Part shown: positions 13,081 through 26,600 of the stretch, piece by piece
Numbering within the stretch: position 1 is the first letter of the stretch
Layout of the letters: each line of letters opens with the position of its first letter
Source of the DNA: the human T2T-CHM13v2.0 reference genome, Homo sapiens
Reading direction: 5' to 3' (one strand)
NCBI RefSeq assembly: GCF_009914755.1
Contig: NC_060936.1
DNA length: 64,000 nt
The notes under the pieces: model-generated
Database searches by the model: none
Told to the model about the DNA's origin: nothing
Seen by the model: the letters and a program-made list of their open reading frames with translations, nothing else
Position numbers and translations under genes: made by a program

Positions 13081-16000
13081 ATATTCACTTGCAGACGTGA
13101 CAAACAGAGTGTTTCCAAACTGCTCCATCCAAAGAAAGGTTAAAGTCTGTGACTTGAACACACACATCACAAAGTAGTTTCAGTGAATGATTCTGTCTAG
13201 TTTTTATACGAAGATGTTTCCTTTTCTACATTTGGTCTCAAAGCCATTGAAATCTCCACATGGAAACTCCACAAAAAGAGTGTTACAAATCTGCTCTTTC
13301 TGAAGGAAGGTTCAACCCTGTGAGTTGAATACACACACCACAAATAAGTTACTGAGAATTCTTCTGTGTAACATTATAGGAGGAAATCCCGTTTCCAACG
13401 AAGGCCTCAAAGAGGTCCAAATATCTGCTTGCAGACTTTACAGACAGAGTGTTTCCAAACTACTCTATGAAAAGAAAGCTTAAACTCCTTGAGTTGAACG
13501 CACACATCACAAAGTAGTTTCTGAGAATGATTCTGTCTTGTTTTTATAAGAAGATATTTCCGTTTCTATGATTGGCCTCCAAGCGATTGAAATCTCCAAC
13601 TGGAAACTGCACAAATAGGGTGTTTCAAATCTGCTCTGTCTAAAGGAAGGTTGAACTCTGTGAGTTGAATACACACACCACAAATAACTTACTGAGAATT
13701 CTTCTGTCGAACATTACATGAAGAGATCCCGTTTCCAACGACGGCCTCAAAGAGGTCCAAATATCCACTTGCAGACATTACAAACAGAGTGTTTCCAAAC
13801 TGCTCCATCAAAAGAAAGGTTAAACTCTGTGAGCTGAACACACACATCAAAAAGAAGTTTCTGTGAATGATTCTGTCTAGACTTTAGAAGAAGATGTTTC
13901 CTTTTCTACCGTAGGCCTCAAAGCGCTTGAAATCTCCAGCTGCAAATTCCACAAAAAGGGTGTTTAACATCTGCTCTTCTAAAGGAAAGTTCAACTCCAT
14001 GAGTTGAATACACACAGCACAAAGAAGTTACAGAGACTTCTCCTATCAAACATTATATGAAGAAATCCCGTTTCCAACGAAGGCCTCAAAGAGGTCCAAA
14101 TATCCACTTGCAGACGTGACAAACAGAGTGTTTCCAAACTGCTCCATCAAAAGAAAGGTTAAACTCTGTGAGTTGAACACACACATCACAAAGTAGTTTC
14201 TGTGAATGATTCTGTCTAGTTTTCATACGAAGATGTTTCCTTTTCTACGTCTTGTCTCAAAGCCATTGAAATCTCCACATGGAAACTCCACAAAAAGAGG
14301 GTTTCAAATCTGTTCTTTCTGAAGGAAGGTTCAACTCTGTGAGTTGAATACACACACCACAAATAAGTTACTGAGAATTCTTCTGTGTAACATTATAGGA
14401 GGAAATCCCGTTTCCAACGAAGGCCTCAAAGAGGTCCAAATATCCACTTGCAGTCTTTACAAAGACAGTGTCTCCAAACTCCTCCATCAAAAGAAAGCTT
14501 ATCCTCTGTGAATTGAACGCACACATCACAAAGTAGTTTCTGAGAATGATTCTGTCTAGTTTTTATACGAAGATATTTCCTTTTCTACATTTGGCCTAAA
14601 AGCGCTTGAAATCTCCACCTGCAAATATCACAAAAACAGGATTTCACATCTGCTCTGTCTAAAGGACAGTTCACCTCTGTGAGTTGAATAGAGGCAGCAC
14701 AAAGAAGTTACTGAGTATTCTTCTTTCTAGCGTTACATGAAGAAATCCCGTTTCCAACGAAGGCCTCAAAGAGGTCCAAATATCTGCTTGCAGACTTTAC
14801 AGACAGAGTGTTTCCAAACTACTCTATGAAAAGAAAGCTTAAACTCTTTGAGTTGAACGCACACATCACAAAGTAGTTTCTGAGAATGATTCTGTCTTGT
14901 TTTTATACGAAGATATTTCCGTTTCTATGATTGGCCTCCAAGCGATTGAAATCTCCAACTGGAAACTGCACAAATAGGGTGTTTCAAATCTGCTCTGTCT
15001 AAAGGAAGGTTCAACTCTGTGAGTTGAATACACACACCAAAAATAAGTTACTGAGAATTCTTCTGTCGAACATTACATGAAGAAATCCCGTTTCCAACGA
15101 AGGCCTCAAAGAAGTCCAAATATCCACTTGCAGACATTACAAACAGAGTGTTTCCAAACTGCTCCATCAAAAGAAAGGTTAAACTCTGTGAGCTGAACAC
15201 ACACATCAAAAAGAAGTTTCTGTGAATGATTCTGTCTAGACTTTAGAAGAAGATGTTTCCTTTTCTACCGTTGGCCTCAAAGCGCTTGAAATCTCCAGCT
15301 GCAAATTCCACAAAAAGGGTGTTTAACATCTGCTCTTCTAAAGGAAAGTTCAACTCCATGAGTTGAATACACACAGCACAAAGAAGTTACAGAGACTTCT
15401 CCTATCAAACATTATATGAAGAAATCCCGTTTCCAACGAAGGCCTCAAAGAGGTCCAAATATCCACTTGCAGACGTGACAAACAGAGTGTTTCCAAACTG
15501 CTCCATCAAAAGAAAGGTTAAACTCTGTGAGTTGAACACACACATCACAAAGTAGTTTCTGTGAATGATTCTGTCTAGTTTTCATACGAAGATGTTTCCT
15601 TTTCTACGTTTGGTCTCAAAGCCATTGAAATCTCCACATGGAAACTCCACAAAAAGAGGGTTTCAAATCTGTTCTTTCTGAAGGAAGGTTCAACTCTGTG
15701 AGTTGAATACACACACCACAAATAAGTTACTGAGAATTCTTCTGTGTAACATTATAGGAGGAAATCCCGTTTCCAACGAAGGCCTCAAAGAGGTCCAAAT
15801 ATCCACTTGCAGTCTTTACAAAGACAGTGTCTCCAAACTCCTCCATCAAAAGAAAGCTTATCCTCTGTGAATTGAACGCACACATCACAAAGTAGTTTCT
15901 GAGAATGATTCTGTCTAGTTTTTATACGAAGATATTTCCTTTTCTACATTTGGCCTAAAAGCGCTTGAAATCTCCACCTGCAAATATCACAAAAACAGGA

Positions 16001-19000
16001 TTTCACATCTGCTCTGTCTAAAGGACAGTTCACCTCTGTGAGTTGAATAGAGGCAGCACAAAGAAGTTACTGAGTATTCTTCTTTCTAGCGTTACATGAA
16101 GAAATCCCGTTTCCAACGAAGGCCTCAAAGAGGTCCAAATATCTGCTTGCAGACTTTACAGACAGAGTGTTTCCAAACTACTCTATGAAAAGAAAGCTTA
16201 AACTCCTTGAGTTGAACGCACACATCACAAAGTAGTTTCTGAGAATGATTCTGTCTTGTTTTTATACGAAGATATTTCCGTTTCTATGATTGGCCTCCAA
16301 GCGATTGAAATCTCCAACTGGAAACTGCACAAATAGGGTGTTTCAAATCTGCTGTGTCTAAAGGAAGGTTCCACTCTGTGAGTTGAATACACACACCACA
16401 AATAAGTTACGGAGAATTCTTCTGTCGAACATTACATGAAGAAATCCGGTTTCCAACGAAGGCCTCAAAGAGGTCCAAATATCCACTTGCAGACATTACA
16501 AACAGAGTGTTTCCAAACTGCTCCATCAATAGAAAGGTTAAACTTTGTGAGCTGAACACCCACATCAAAAAGAAGTTTCTGTGAATTATTCTGTCTAGAT
16601 TTTAGAAGAAGATGTTTCCTTTTTTACTGTAGGCCTCAAAGCTCTTGAATTCTCCAGCTGCAAATTCCACAAAAAGGGTGTTTAGCATCTGCTCTTCTAA
16701 AGGAAAGTTCAACTCCATGAGTTGAATACACACAGCACAAAGAAGTTACTGAGACTTCTCCTTTCAAACATTATATGAAGAAATCCCGTTTCCAACGAAG
16801 GCCTCAAAGAGGTCCAAATATCCACTTGCAGACGTGACAAACAGAGTGTTTCCAAACTGCTCCATCCAAAGAAAGGTTAAACTCTGTGAGTTGAACACAC
16901 ACATCACAAAATAGTTTCTGTGAATGATTCTGTCTACTTTCTATACGAAGATGTTTCCTTTTCCACCTATGGTCTCAAAGCCATTGAAATCTCCACATGG
17001 AAACTCCACAAAAAGAGTGTTTCAAATCTGCTCTTTCTGAAGGAAGGTTCAACTCTGTGAGTTGAATACACACACCACAAATAAGTTACTGAGAATTCTT
17101 CTGTGTAACATTATAGGAGGAAATCCCGTTTCCAACGAAGGCCTCAAAGAGGTCCAAATATCCACTTGCAGACTTTACAAAGACAGTGTCTCCAAACTCC
17201 TCCATCAAAAGAAAGGTTATCCTCTGTGAATTGAACGCACACATCACAAAGTAGTTTCTGAGAATGATTCTGTGTAGTTTTTATACGAAGATATTTCCTT
17301 TTCTACATTTGGCCTAAAAGCGCTTGAAATCTCCACCTGCAAATATCACAAAAAGAGGGTTTCACATCTGCTCTGTCTAAAGGGCAGTTCACCTCTGTGA
17401 GTTGAATAGAGGCAGCACAAAGAAGTTACTGAGTATTTTTTTTTCTAGCGTTACATGAAGAAATCCCGTTTCCAACGAAGGCCTCAAAGAGGTCCAAATA
17501 TCTGCTTGCAGACTTTACAGACAGAGTGTTTCCAAACTACTCTATGAAAAGAAAGCTTAAACTCCTTGAGTTGAACGCACACATCACAAAGTAGTTTCTG
17601 AGAATGATTCTGTCTTGTTTTTATACGAAGATATTTCCGTTTCTATGATTGGCCTCCAAGCGATTGAAATCTCCAACTGGAAACTGCACAAATAGGGTGT
17701 TTCAAATCTGCTCTGTCTAAAGGAAGGTTCAACTCTGTGAGTTGAATACACACACCACAAATAAGTTACTGAGAATTCTTCTGTCGAACATTACATGAAG
17801 AAATCCCGTTTCCAACGAAGGCCTCAAAGAGGTCCAAATATCCACTTGCAGACATTACAAACAGAGTGTTTCCAAACTGCTCCATCAAAAGAAAGTTTAA
17901 ACCCTGTGAGCTGAACAAACACATCAAAAAGAAGTTTCTGTGAATGATTCTGTCTAGACTTTAGAAGAAGATGTTTCCTTTTCTACTGTAGGCCTCAAAG
18001 CGCTTGAAATCTCCAGCTGCAAATTCCACAAAAAGGGAGTTTAACATCTGCTCTTCTAAAGGAAAGTTCAACTCCATGAGTTGAATACACACAGCACAAA
18101 GAAGTTACTGAGACTTCTCCTATCATACATTATATGAAGAAATCCCGTTTCCAACGAAGGCCTCAAAGAGGTCCAAATATCCACTTGCAGACGTGACAAA
18201 CAGAGTGTTTCCAAACTGCTCCATCCAAAGAAAGGTTAAAGTCTGTGACTTGAACACACACATCACAAAGTAGTTTCAGTGAATGATTCTGTCTAGTTTT
18301 TATACGAAGATGTTTCCTTTTCTACATTTGGTCTCAAAGCCATTGAAATCTCCACATGGAAACTCCACAAAAAGAGTGTTTCAAATCTGTTCTTTCTGAA
18401 GGAAGGTTCAACTCTGTGAGTTGAATACACACACCACAAATAAGTTACTGAGAATTCTTCTGTGTAACATTATAGGAGGAAATCCCGTTTCCAACGAAGG
18501 CCTCAAAGAGGTCCAAATATCCACTTGCAGTCTTTACAAAGACAGTGTCTCCAAACTCCTCCATCAAAAGAAAGCTTATCCTCTGTGAATTGAACGCACA
18601 CATCACAAAGTAGTTTCTGAGAATGATTCTGTCTAGTTTTTATACGAAGATATTTCCTTTTCTACATTTGGCCTAAAAGCGCTTGAAATCTCCACCTGCA
18701 AATATCACAAAAACAGGATTTCACATCTGCTCTGTCTAAAGGACAGTTCACCTCTGTGAGTTGAATAGAGGCAGCACAAAGAAGTTACTGAGTATTCTTC
18801 TTTCTAGCGTTACATGAAGAAATCCCGTTTCCAACGAAGGCCTCAAAGAGGTCCAAATATCTGCTTGCAGACTTTACAGACAGAGTGTTTCCAAACTACT
18901 CTATGAAAAGAAAGCTTAAACTCTTTGAGTTGAACGCACACATCACAAAGTAGTTTCTGAGAATGATTCTGTCTTGTTTTTATACGAAGATATTTCCGTT

Positions 19001-20699
19001 TCTATGATTGGCCTCCAAGCGATTGAAATCTCCAACTGGAAACTGCACAAATAGGGTGTTTCAAATCTGCTCTGTCTAAAGGAAGGTTCAACTCTGTGAG
19101 TTGAATACACACACCAAAAATAAGTTACTGAGAATTCTTCTGTCGAACATTACATGAAGAAATCCCGTTTCCAACGAAGGCCTCAAAGAAGTCCAAATAT
19201 CCACTTGCAGACATTACAAACAGAGTGTTTCCAAACTGCTCCATCAAAAGAAAGGTTAAACTCTGTGAGCTGAACACACACATCAAAAAGAAGTTTCTGT
19301 GAATGATTCTGTCTAGACTTTAGAAGAAGATGTTTCCTTTTCTACCGTTGGCCTCAAAGCGCTTGAAATCTCCAGCTGCAAATTCCACAAAAAGGGTGTT
19401 TAACATCTGCTCTTCTAAAGGAAAGTTCAACTCCATGAGTTGAATACACACAGCACAAAGAAGTTACAGAGACTTCTCCTATCAAACATTATATGAAGAA
19501 ATCCCGTTTCCAACGAAGGCCTCAAAGAGGTCCAAATATCCACTTGCAGACGTGACAAACAGAGTGTTTCCAAACTGCTCCATCAAAAGAAAGGTTAAAC
19601 TCTGTGAGTTGAACACACACATCACAAAGTAGTTTCTGTGAATGATTCTGTCTAGTTTTCATACGAAGATGTTTCCTTTTCTACGTTTGGTCTCAAAGCC
19701 ATTGAAATCTCCACATGGAAACTCCACAAAAAGAGGGTTTCAAATCTGTTCTTTCTGAAGGAAGGTTCAACTCTGTGAGTTGAATACACACACCACAAAT
19801 AAGTTACTGAGAATTCTTCTGTGTAACATTATAGGAGGAAATCCCGTTTCCAACGAAGGCCTCAAAGAGGTCCAAATATCCACTTGCAGTCTTTACAAAG
19901 ACAGTGTCTCCAAACTCCTCCATCAAAAGAAAGCTTATCCTCTGTGAATTGAACGCACACATCACAAAGTAGTTTCTGAGAATGATTCTGTCTAGTTTTT
20001 ATACGAAGATATTTCCTTTTCTACATTTGGCCTAAAAGCGCTTGAAATCTCCACCTGCAAATATCACAAAAACAGGATTTCACATCTGCTCTGTCTAAAG
20101 GACAGTTCACCTCTGTGAGTTGAATAGAGGCAGCACAAAGAAGTTACTGAGTATTCTTCTTTCTAGCGTTACATGAAGAAATCCCGTTTCCAACGAAGGC
20201 CTCAAAGAGGTCCAAATATCTGCTTGCAGACTTTACAGACAGAGTGTTTCCAAACTACTCTATGAAAAGAAAGCTTAAACTCCTTGAGTTGAACGCACAC
20301 ATCACAAAGTAGTTTCTGAGAATGATTCTGTCTTGTTTTTATACGAAGATATTTCCGTTTCTATGATTGGCCTCCAAGCGATTGAAATCTCCAACTGGAA
20401 ACTGCACAAATAGGGTGTTTCAAATCTGCTCTGTCTAAAGGAAGGTTCAACTCTGTGAGTTGAATACACACACCAAAAATAAGTTACTGAGAATTCTTCT
20501 GTCGAACATTACATGAAGAAATCCCGTTTCCAACGAAGGCCTCAAAGAAGTCCAAATATCCACTTGCAGACATTACAAACAGAGTGTTTCCAAACTGCTC
20601 CATCAAAAGAAAGGTTAAACTCTGTGAGCTGAACACACACATCAAAAAGAAGTTTCTGTGAATGATTCTGTCTAGACTTTAGAAGAAGATGTTTCCTTT

Positions 20700-23600
20700 T
20701 CTACCGTAGGCCTCAAAGCGCTTGAAATCTCCAGCTGCAAATTCCACAAAAAGGGTGTTTAACATCTGCTCTTCTAAAGGAAAGTTCAACTCCATGAGTT
20801 GAATACACACAGCACAAAGAAGTTACTGAGACTTCTCCTATCAAACATTATATGAAGAAATCCCGTTTCCAACGAAGGCCTCAAAGAGGTCCAAATATCC
20901 ACTTGCAGACGTGACAAACAGAGTGTTTCCAAACTGCTCCATCAAAAGAAAGGTTAAACTCTGTGAGTTGAACACACACATCACAAAGTAGTTTCTGTGA
21001 ATGATTCTGTCTAGTTTTCATACGAAGATGTTTCGTTTTCTACCTTTGGTCTCAAAGCCATTGAAATGTCCACATGGAAACTCCATAAAAAGAGGGTTTC
21101 AAATCTGCTCTTTCTGAAGGAAGGTTCAACTCTGTGAGTTGAATACACACACCACAAATAAGTTACTGAGAATTCTTCTGTGTAACATTATAGGAGGAAA
21201 TCCCGTTTCCAACGAAGGCCTCAAAGAGGTCCAAATATCCACTTGCAGACTTTACAAAGACAGTGTCTCCAAACTCCTCCATCAAAAGAAAGGTTATCCT
21301 CTGTGAATTGAACGCACACATCACAAAGTAGTTTCTGAGAATGATTCTGTCTAGTTTTTATACGAAGATATTTCCTTTTCTACATTTGGCCTAAAAGCGC
21401 TTGAAATCTCCACCTGCAAATATCACAAAAAGAGGGTTTCACATCTGCTCTGTCTAAAGGACAGTTCACCTCTGTGAGTTGAATAGAGGCAGCACAAAGA
21501 AGTTACTGAGTATTCTTCTTTCTAGCGTTACATGAAGAAATCCCGTTTCCAACGAAGGCCTCAAAGAGGTCCAAATATCTGCTTGCAGACTTTACAGACA
21601 GAGTGTTTCCAAACTACTCTATGAAAAGAAAGCTTAAACTCCTTGAGTTGAACGCACACATCACAAAGTAGTTTCTGAGAATGATTCTGTCTTGTTATTA
21701 TACGAAGATATTTCTGTTTCTACGATTGGCCTCCAAGCGATTGAAATCTCCAACTGGAAACTGCACAAATAGGGTGTTTCAAATCTGCTGTGTCTAAAGG
21801 AAGGTTCCACTCTGTGAGTTGAATACACACACCACAAATAAGTTACGGAGAATTCTTCTGTCGAACATTACATGAAGAAATCCGGTTTCCAACGAAGGCC
21901 TCAAAGAGGTCCAAATATCCACTTGCAGACATTACAAACAGAGTGTTTCCAAACTGCTCCATCAATAGAAAGGTTAAACTCTGTGAGCTGAACACCCACA
22001 TCAAAAAGAAGTTTCTGTGAATTATTCTGTCTAGATTTTAGAAGAAGATGTTTCCTTTTTTACTGTAGGCCTCAAAGCTCTTGAATTCTCCAGCTGCAAA
22101 TTCCACAAAAAGGGTGTTTAGCATCTGCTCTTCTAAAGGAAAGTTCAACTCCATGAGTTGAATACACACAGCACAAAGAAGTTACTGAGACTTCTCCTTT
22201 CAAACATTATATGAAGAAATCCCGTTTCCAACGAAGGCCTCAAAGAGGTCCAAATATCCACTTGCAGACGTGACAAACAGAGTGTTTCCAAACTGCTCCA
22301 TCCAAAGAAAGGTTAAACTCTGTGAGTTGAACACACACATCACAAAATAGTTTCTGTGAATGATTCTGTCTACTTTCTATACGAAGATGTTTCCTTTTCC
22401 ACCTATGGTCTCAAAGCCATTGAAATCTCCACATGGAAACTCCACAAAAAGAGTGTTTCAAATCTGTTCTTTCTGAAGGAAGGTTCAACTCTGTGAGTTG
22501 AATACACACACCACAAATAAGTTACTGAGAATTCTTCTGTGTAACATTATAGGAGGAAATCCCGTTTCCAACGAAGGCCTCAAAGAGGTCCAAATATCCA
22601 CTTGCAGACTTTACAAAGACAGTGTCTCCAAACTCCTCCATCAAAAGAAAGGTTATCCTCTGTGAATTGAACGCACACATCACAAAGTAGTTTCTGAGAA
22701 TGATTCTGTGTAGTTTTTATACGAAGATATTTCCTTTTCTACATTTGGCCTAAAAGCGCTTGAAATCTCCACCTGCAAATATCACAAAAAGAGGGTTTCA
22801 CATCTGCTCTGTCTAAAGGGCAGTTCACCTCTGTGAGTTGAATAGAGGCAGCACAAAGAAGTTACTGAGTATTTTTTTTTCTAGCGTTACATGAAGAAAT
22901 CCCGTTTCCAACGAAGGCCTCAAAGAGGTCCAAATATCTGCTTGCAGACTTTACAGACAGAGTGTTTCCAAACTACTCTATGAAAAGAAAGCTTAAACTC
23001 CTTGAGTTGAACGCACACATCACAAAGTAGTTTCTGAGAATGATTCTGTCTTGTTTTTATACGAAGATATTTCCATTTCTATGATTGGCCTCCAAGCGAT
23101 TGAAATCTCCAACTGGAAACTGCACAAATAGGGTGTTTCAAATCTGCTCTGTCTAAAGGAAGGTTCAACTCTGTGAGTTGAATACACACACCACAAATAA
23201 GTTACTGAGAATTCTTCTGTCGAACATTACATGAAGAAATCCCGTTTCCAACGAAGGCCTCAAAGAGGTACAAATATCCACTTGCAGACATTGCAAACAG
23301 AGTGTTTCCAAACTGCTCCATCAAAAGAAAGGTTAAACTCTGTGAGCTGAACACACACATCAAAATGAAGTTTCTGTGAATGATTCTGTCTAGACTTTAG
23401 AAGAAGATGTTTCCTTTTCTACCGTAGGCCTCAAAGCGCTTGAAATCTCCAGCTGCAAATTCCACAAAAAGTGTGTTTAACATCTGCTCTTCTATAGGAA
23501 AGTTCAACTCCATGAGTTGAATACACACAGCACAAAGAAGTTACAGAGACTTCTCCTATCAAACATTATATGAAGAAATCCCGTTTCCAACGAAGGCCTC

Positions 23601-26600
23601 AAAGAGGTCCAAATATCCACTTGCAGACGTGACAAACAGAGTGTTTCCAAACTGCTCCATCCAAAAAAAGGTTAAACTCTGTGAGTTGAACACACACATC
23701 ACAAAGTAGTTTCTGTGAATGATTCTGTCTAGTTTTTATACGAAGATGTTTCCTTTTCTACCTTTGGTCTCAAAGCCATTGAAATCTCCACATGGAAACT
23801 CCACAAAAAGAGTGTTTCAAATCTGCTCTTTCTGAAGGAAGGTTCAACTCTGTGAGTTGAATACACACACCACAAATAAGTTACTGAGAATTCTTCTGTG
23901 TAACATTATAGGAGGAAATCCCGTTTCCAACGAAGGCCTCAAAGAGGTCCAAATATCCACTTGCAGACTTTACAAAGACAGTGTCTCCAAACCCCTCCAT
24001 CAAAAGAAAGGTTATCCTATGTGAATTGAACGCACACATCACAAAGTAGTTTCTGAGAATGATTCTGTCTAGTTTTAATACGAAGATATTTCCTTTTCTA
24101 CATTTGGCCTAAAAGCGCTTGAAATCTCCACCTGCAAATATCACAAAAAGAGGGTTTCACATCTGCTCTGTCTAAAGGACAGTTCACCTCTGTGAGTTGA
24201 ATAGAGGCAGCACAAAGAAGTTACTGAGTATTCTTCTTTCTAGCGTTACATGAAGAAATCCCGTTTCCAACGAAGGCCTCAAAGAGGTCCAAATATCTGC
24301 TTGCAGACTTTACAGACAGAGTGTTTCCAAACTACTCTATGAAAAGAAAGCTTAAACTCCTTGAGTTGAACGCACACATCACAAAGCAGTTTCTGAGAAT
24401 GATTCTGTCTTGTTTTTATACGAAGATATTTCCGTTTCTATGATAGGCCTCCAAGCGATTGAAATCTCCAACTGGAAACTGCACAAATAGGGTGTTTCAA
24501 ATCTGCTCTGTCTAAAGGAAAGTTCAACTCTGTGAGTTGAATACACACACCACAAATAAGTTACTGAGAATTCTTCTGTCGAACATTACATGAAGAAATC
24601 CCGTTTCCAACGAAGGCCTCAAACAGGTCCAAATATCCACTTGCAGACATTACAAACAGAGTGTTTCCAAACTGCTCCATCAAAAGAAAGGTTAAACTTT
24701 GTGAGCTGAACACACACATCAAAAAGAAGTTTCTGTGAATGATTCTGTCTAGACTTTAGAAGAAGATGTTTCCTTTTCTACCGTAGGCCTCAAAGCGCTT
24801 GAAATCTCCAGCTGCAAATTCCACAAAAAGGGTGTTTAACATCTGCTCTTCTAAAGGAAAGTTCAACTCCATGAGTTGAATACACACAGCACAAAGAAGT
24901 TACTGAGACTTCTCCTATCAAACATTATATGAAGAAATCCCGTTTCCAACGAAGGCATCAAAGAGGTCCAAATATCCACTTGCAGACGTGACAAACAGAG
25001 TGTTTCCAAACTGCTCCATCAAAAGAAAGGTTAAACTCTGTGAGTTGAACACACACATCACAAAGTAGTTTCTGTGAATGATTCTGTCTAGTTTTCATAC
25101 GAAGATGTTTCGTTTTCTACCTTTGGTCTCAAAGCCATTGAAATCTCCACATGGAAACTCCACAAAAAGAGGGTTTCAAATCTGCTCTTTCTGAAGGAAG
25201 GTTCAACTCTGTGAGTTGAATACACACACCACAAATAAGTTACTGAGAATTCTTCTGTGTAACATTATAGGAGGAAATCCCGTTTCCAACGAAGGCCTCA
25301 AAGAGGTCCAAATATCCACTTGCAGACTTTACAAAGACAGTGTCTCCAAACTCCTCCATCAAAAGAAAGGTTATCCTCTGTGAATTGAACGCACACATCA
25401 CAAAGTAGTTTCTGAGAATGATTCTGTCTAGTTTTTATACGAAGATATTTCCTTTTCTACATTTGGCCTAAAAGCGCTTGAAATCTCCACCTGCAAATAT
25501 CACAAAAAGAGGGTTTCACATCTGCTCTGTCTAAAGGACAGTTCACCTCTGTGAGTTGAATAGAGGCAGCACAAAGAAGTTACTGAGTATTCTTCTTTCT
25601 AGCGTTACATGAAGAAATCCCGTTTCCAACGAAGGGCTCAAAGAGGTCCAAATATCTGCTTGCAGACTTTACAGACAGAGTGTTTCCAAACTACTCTATG
25701 AAAAGAAAGCTTAAACTCCTTGAGTTGAACGCACACATCACAAAGTAGTTTCTGAGAATGATTCTGTCTTGTTATTACACGAAGATATTTCCGTTTCTAC
25801 GATTGGCCTCCAAGCGATTGAAATCTCCAACTGGAAACTGCACAAATAGGGTGTTTCAAATCTGCTGTGTCTAAAGGAAGGTTCCACTCTGTGAGTTGAA
25901 TACACACACCACAAATAAGTTACGGAGAATTCTTCTGTCGAACATTACATGAAGAAATCCGGTTTCCAACGAAGGCCTCAAAGAGGTCCAAATATCCACT
26001 TGCAGACATTACAAACAGAGTGTTTCCAAACTGCTCCATCAATAGAAAGGTTAAACTCTGTGAGCTGAACACCCACATCAAAAAGAAGTTTCTGTGAATT
26101 ATTCTGTCTAGATTTTAGAAGAAGATGTTTCCTTTTTTACTGTAGGCCTCAAAGCTCTTGAATTCTCCAGCTGCAAATTCCACAAAAAGGGTGTTTAGCA
26201 TCTGCTCTTCTAAAGGAAAGTTCAACTCCATGAGTTGAATACACACAGCACAAAGAAGTTACTGAGACTTCTCCTTTCAAACATTATATGAAGAAATCCC
26301 GTTTCCAACGAAGGCCTCAAAGAGGTCCAAATATCCACTTGCAGACGTGACAAACAGAGTGTTTCCAAACTGCTCCATCCAAAGAAAGGTTAAACTCTGT
26401 GAGTTGAACACACACATCACAAAATAGTTTCTGTGAATGATTCTGTCTACTTTCTATACGAAGATGTTTCCTTTTCCACCTATGGTCTCAAAGCCATTGA
26501 AATCTCCACATGGAAACTCCACAAAAAGAGTGTTTCAAATCTGCTCTTTCTGAAGGAAGGTTCAACTCTGTGAGTTGAATACACACACCACAAATAAGTT

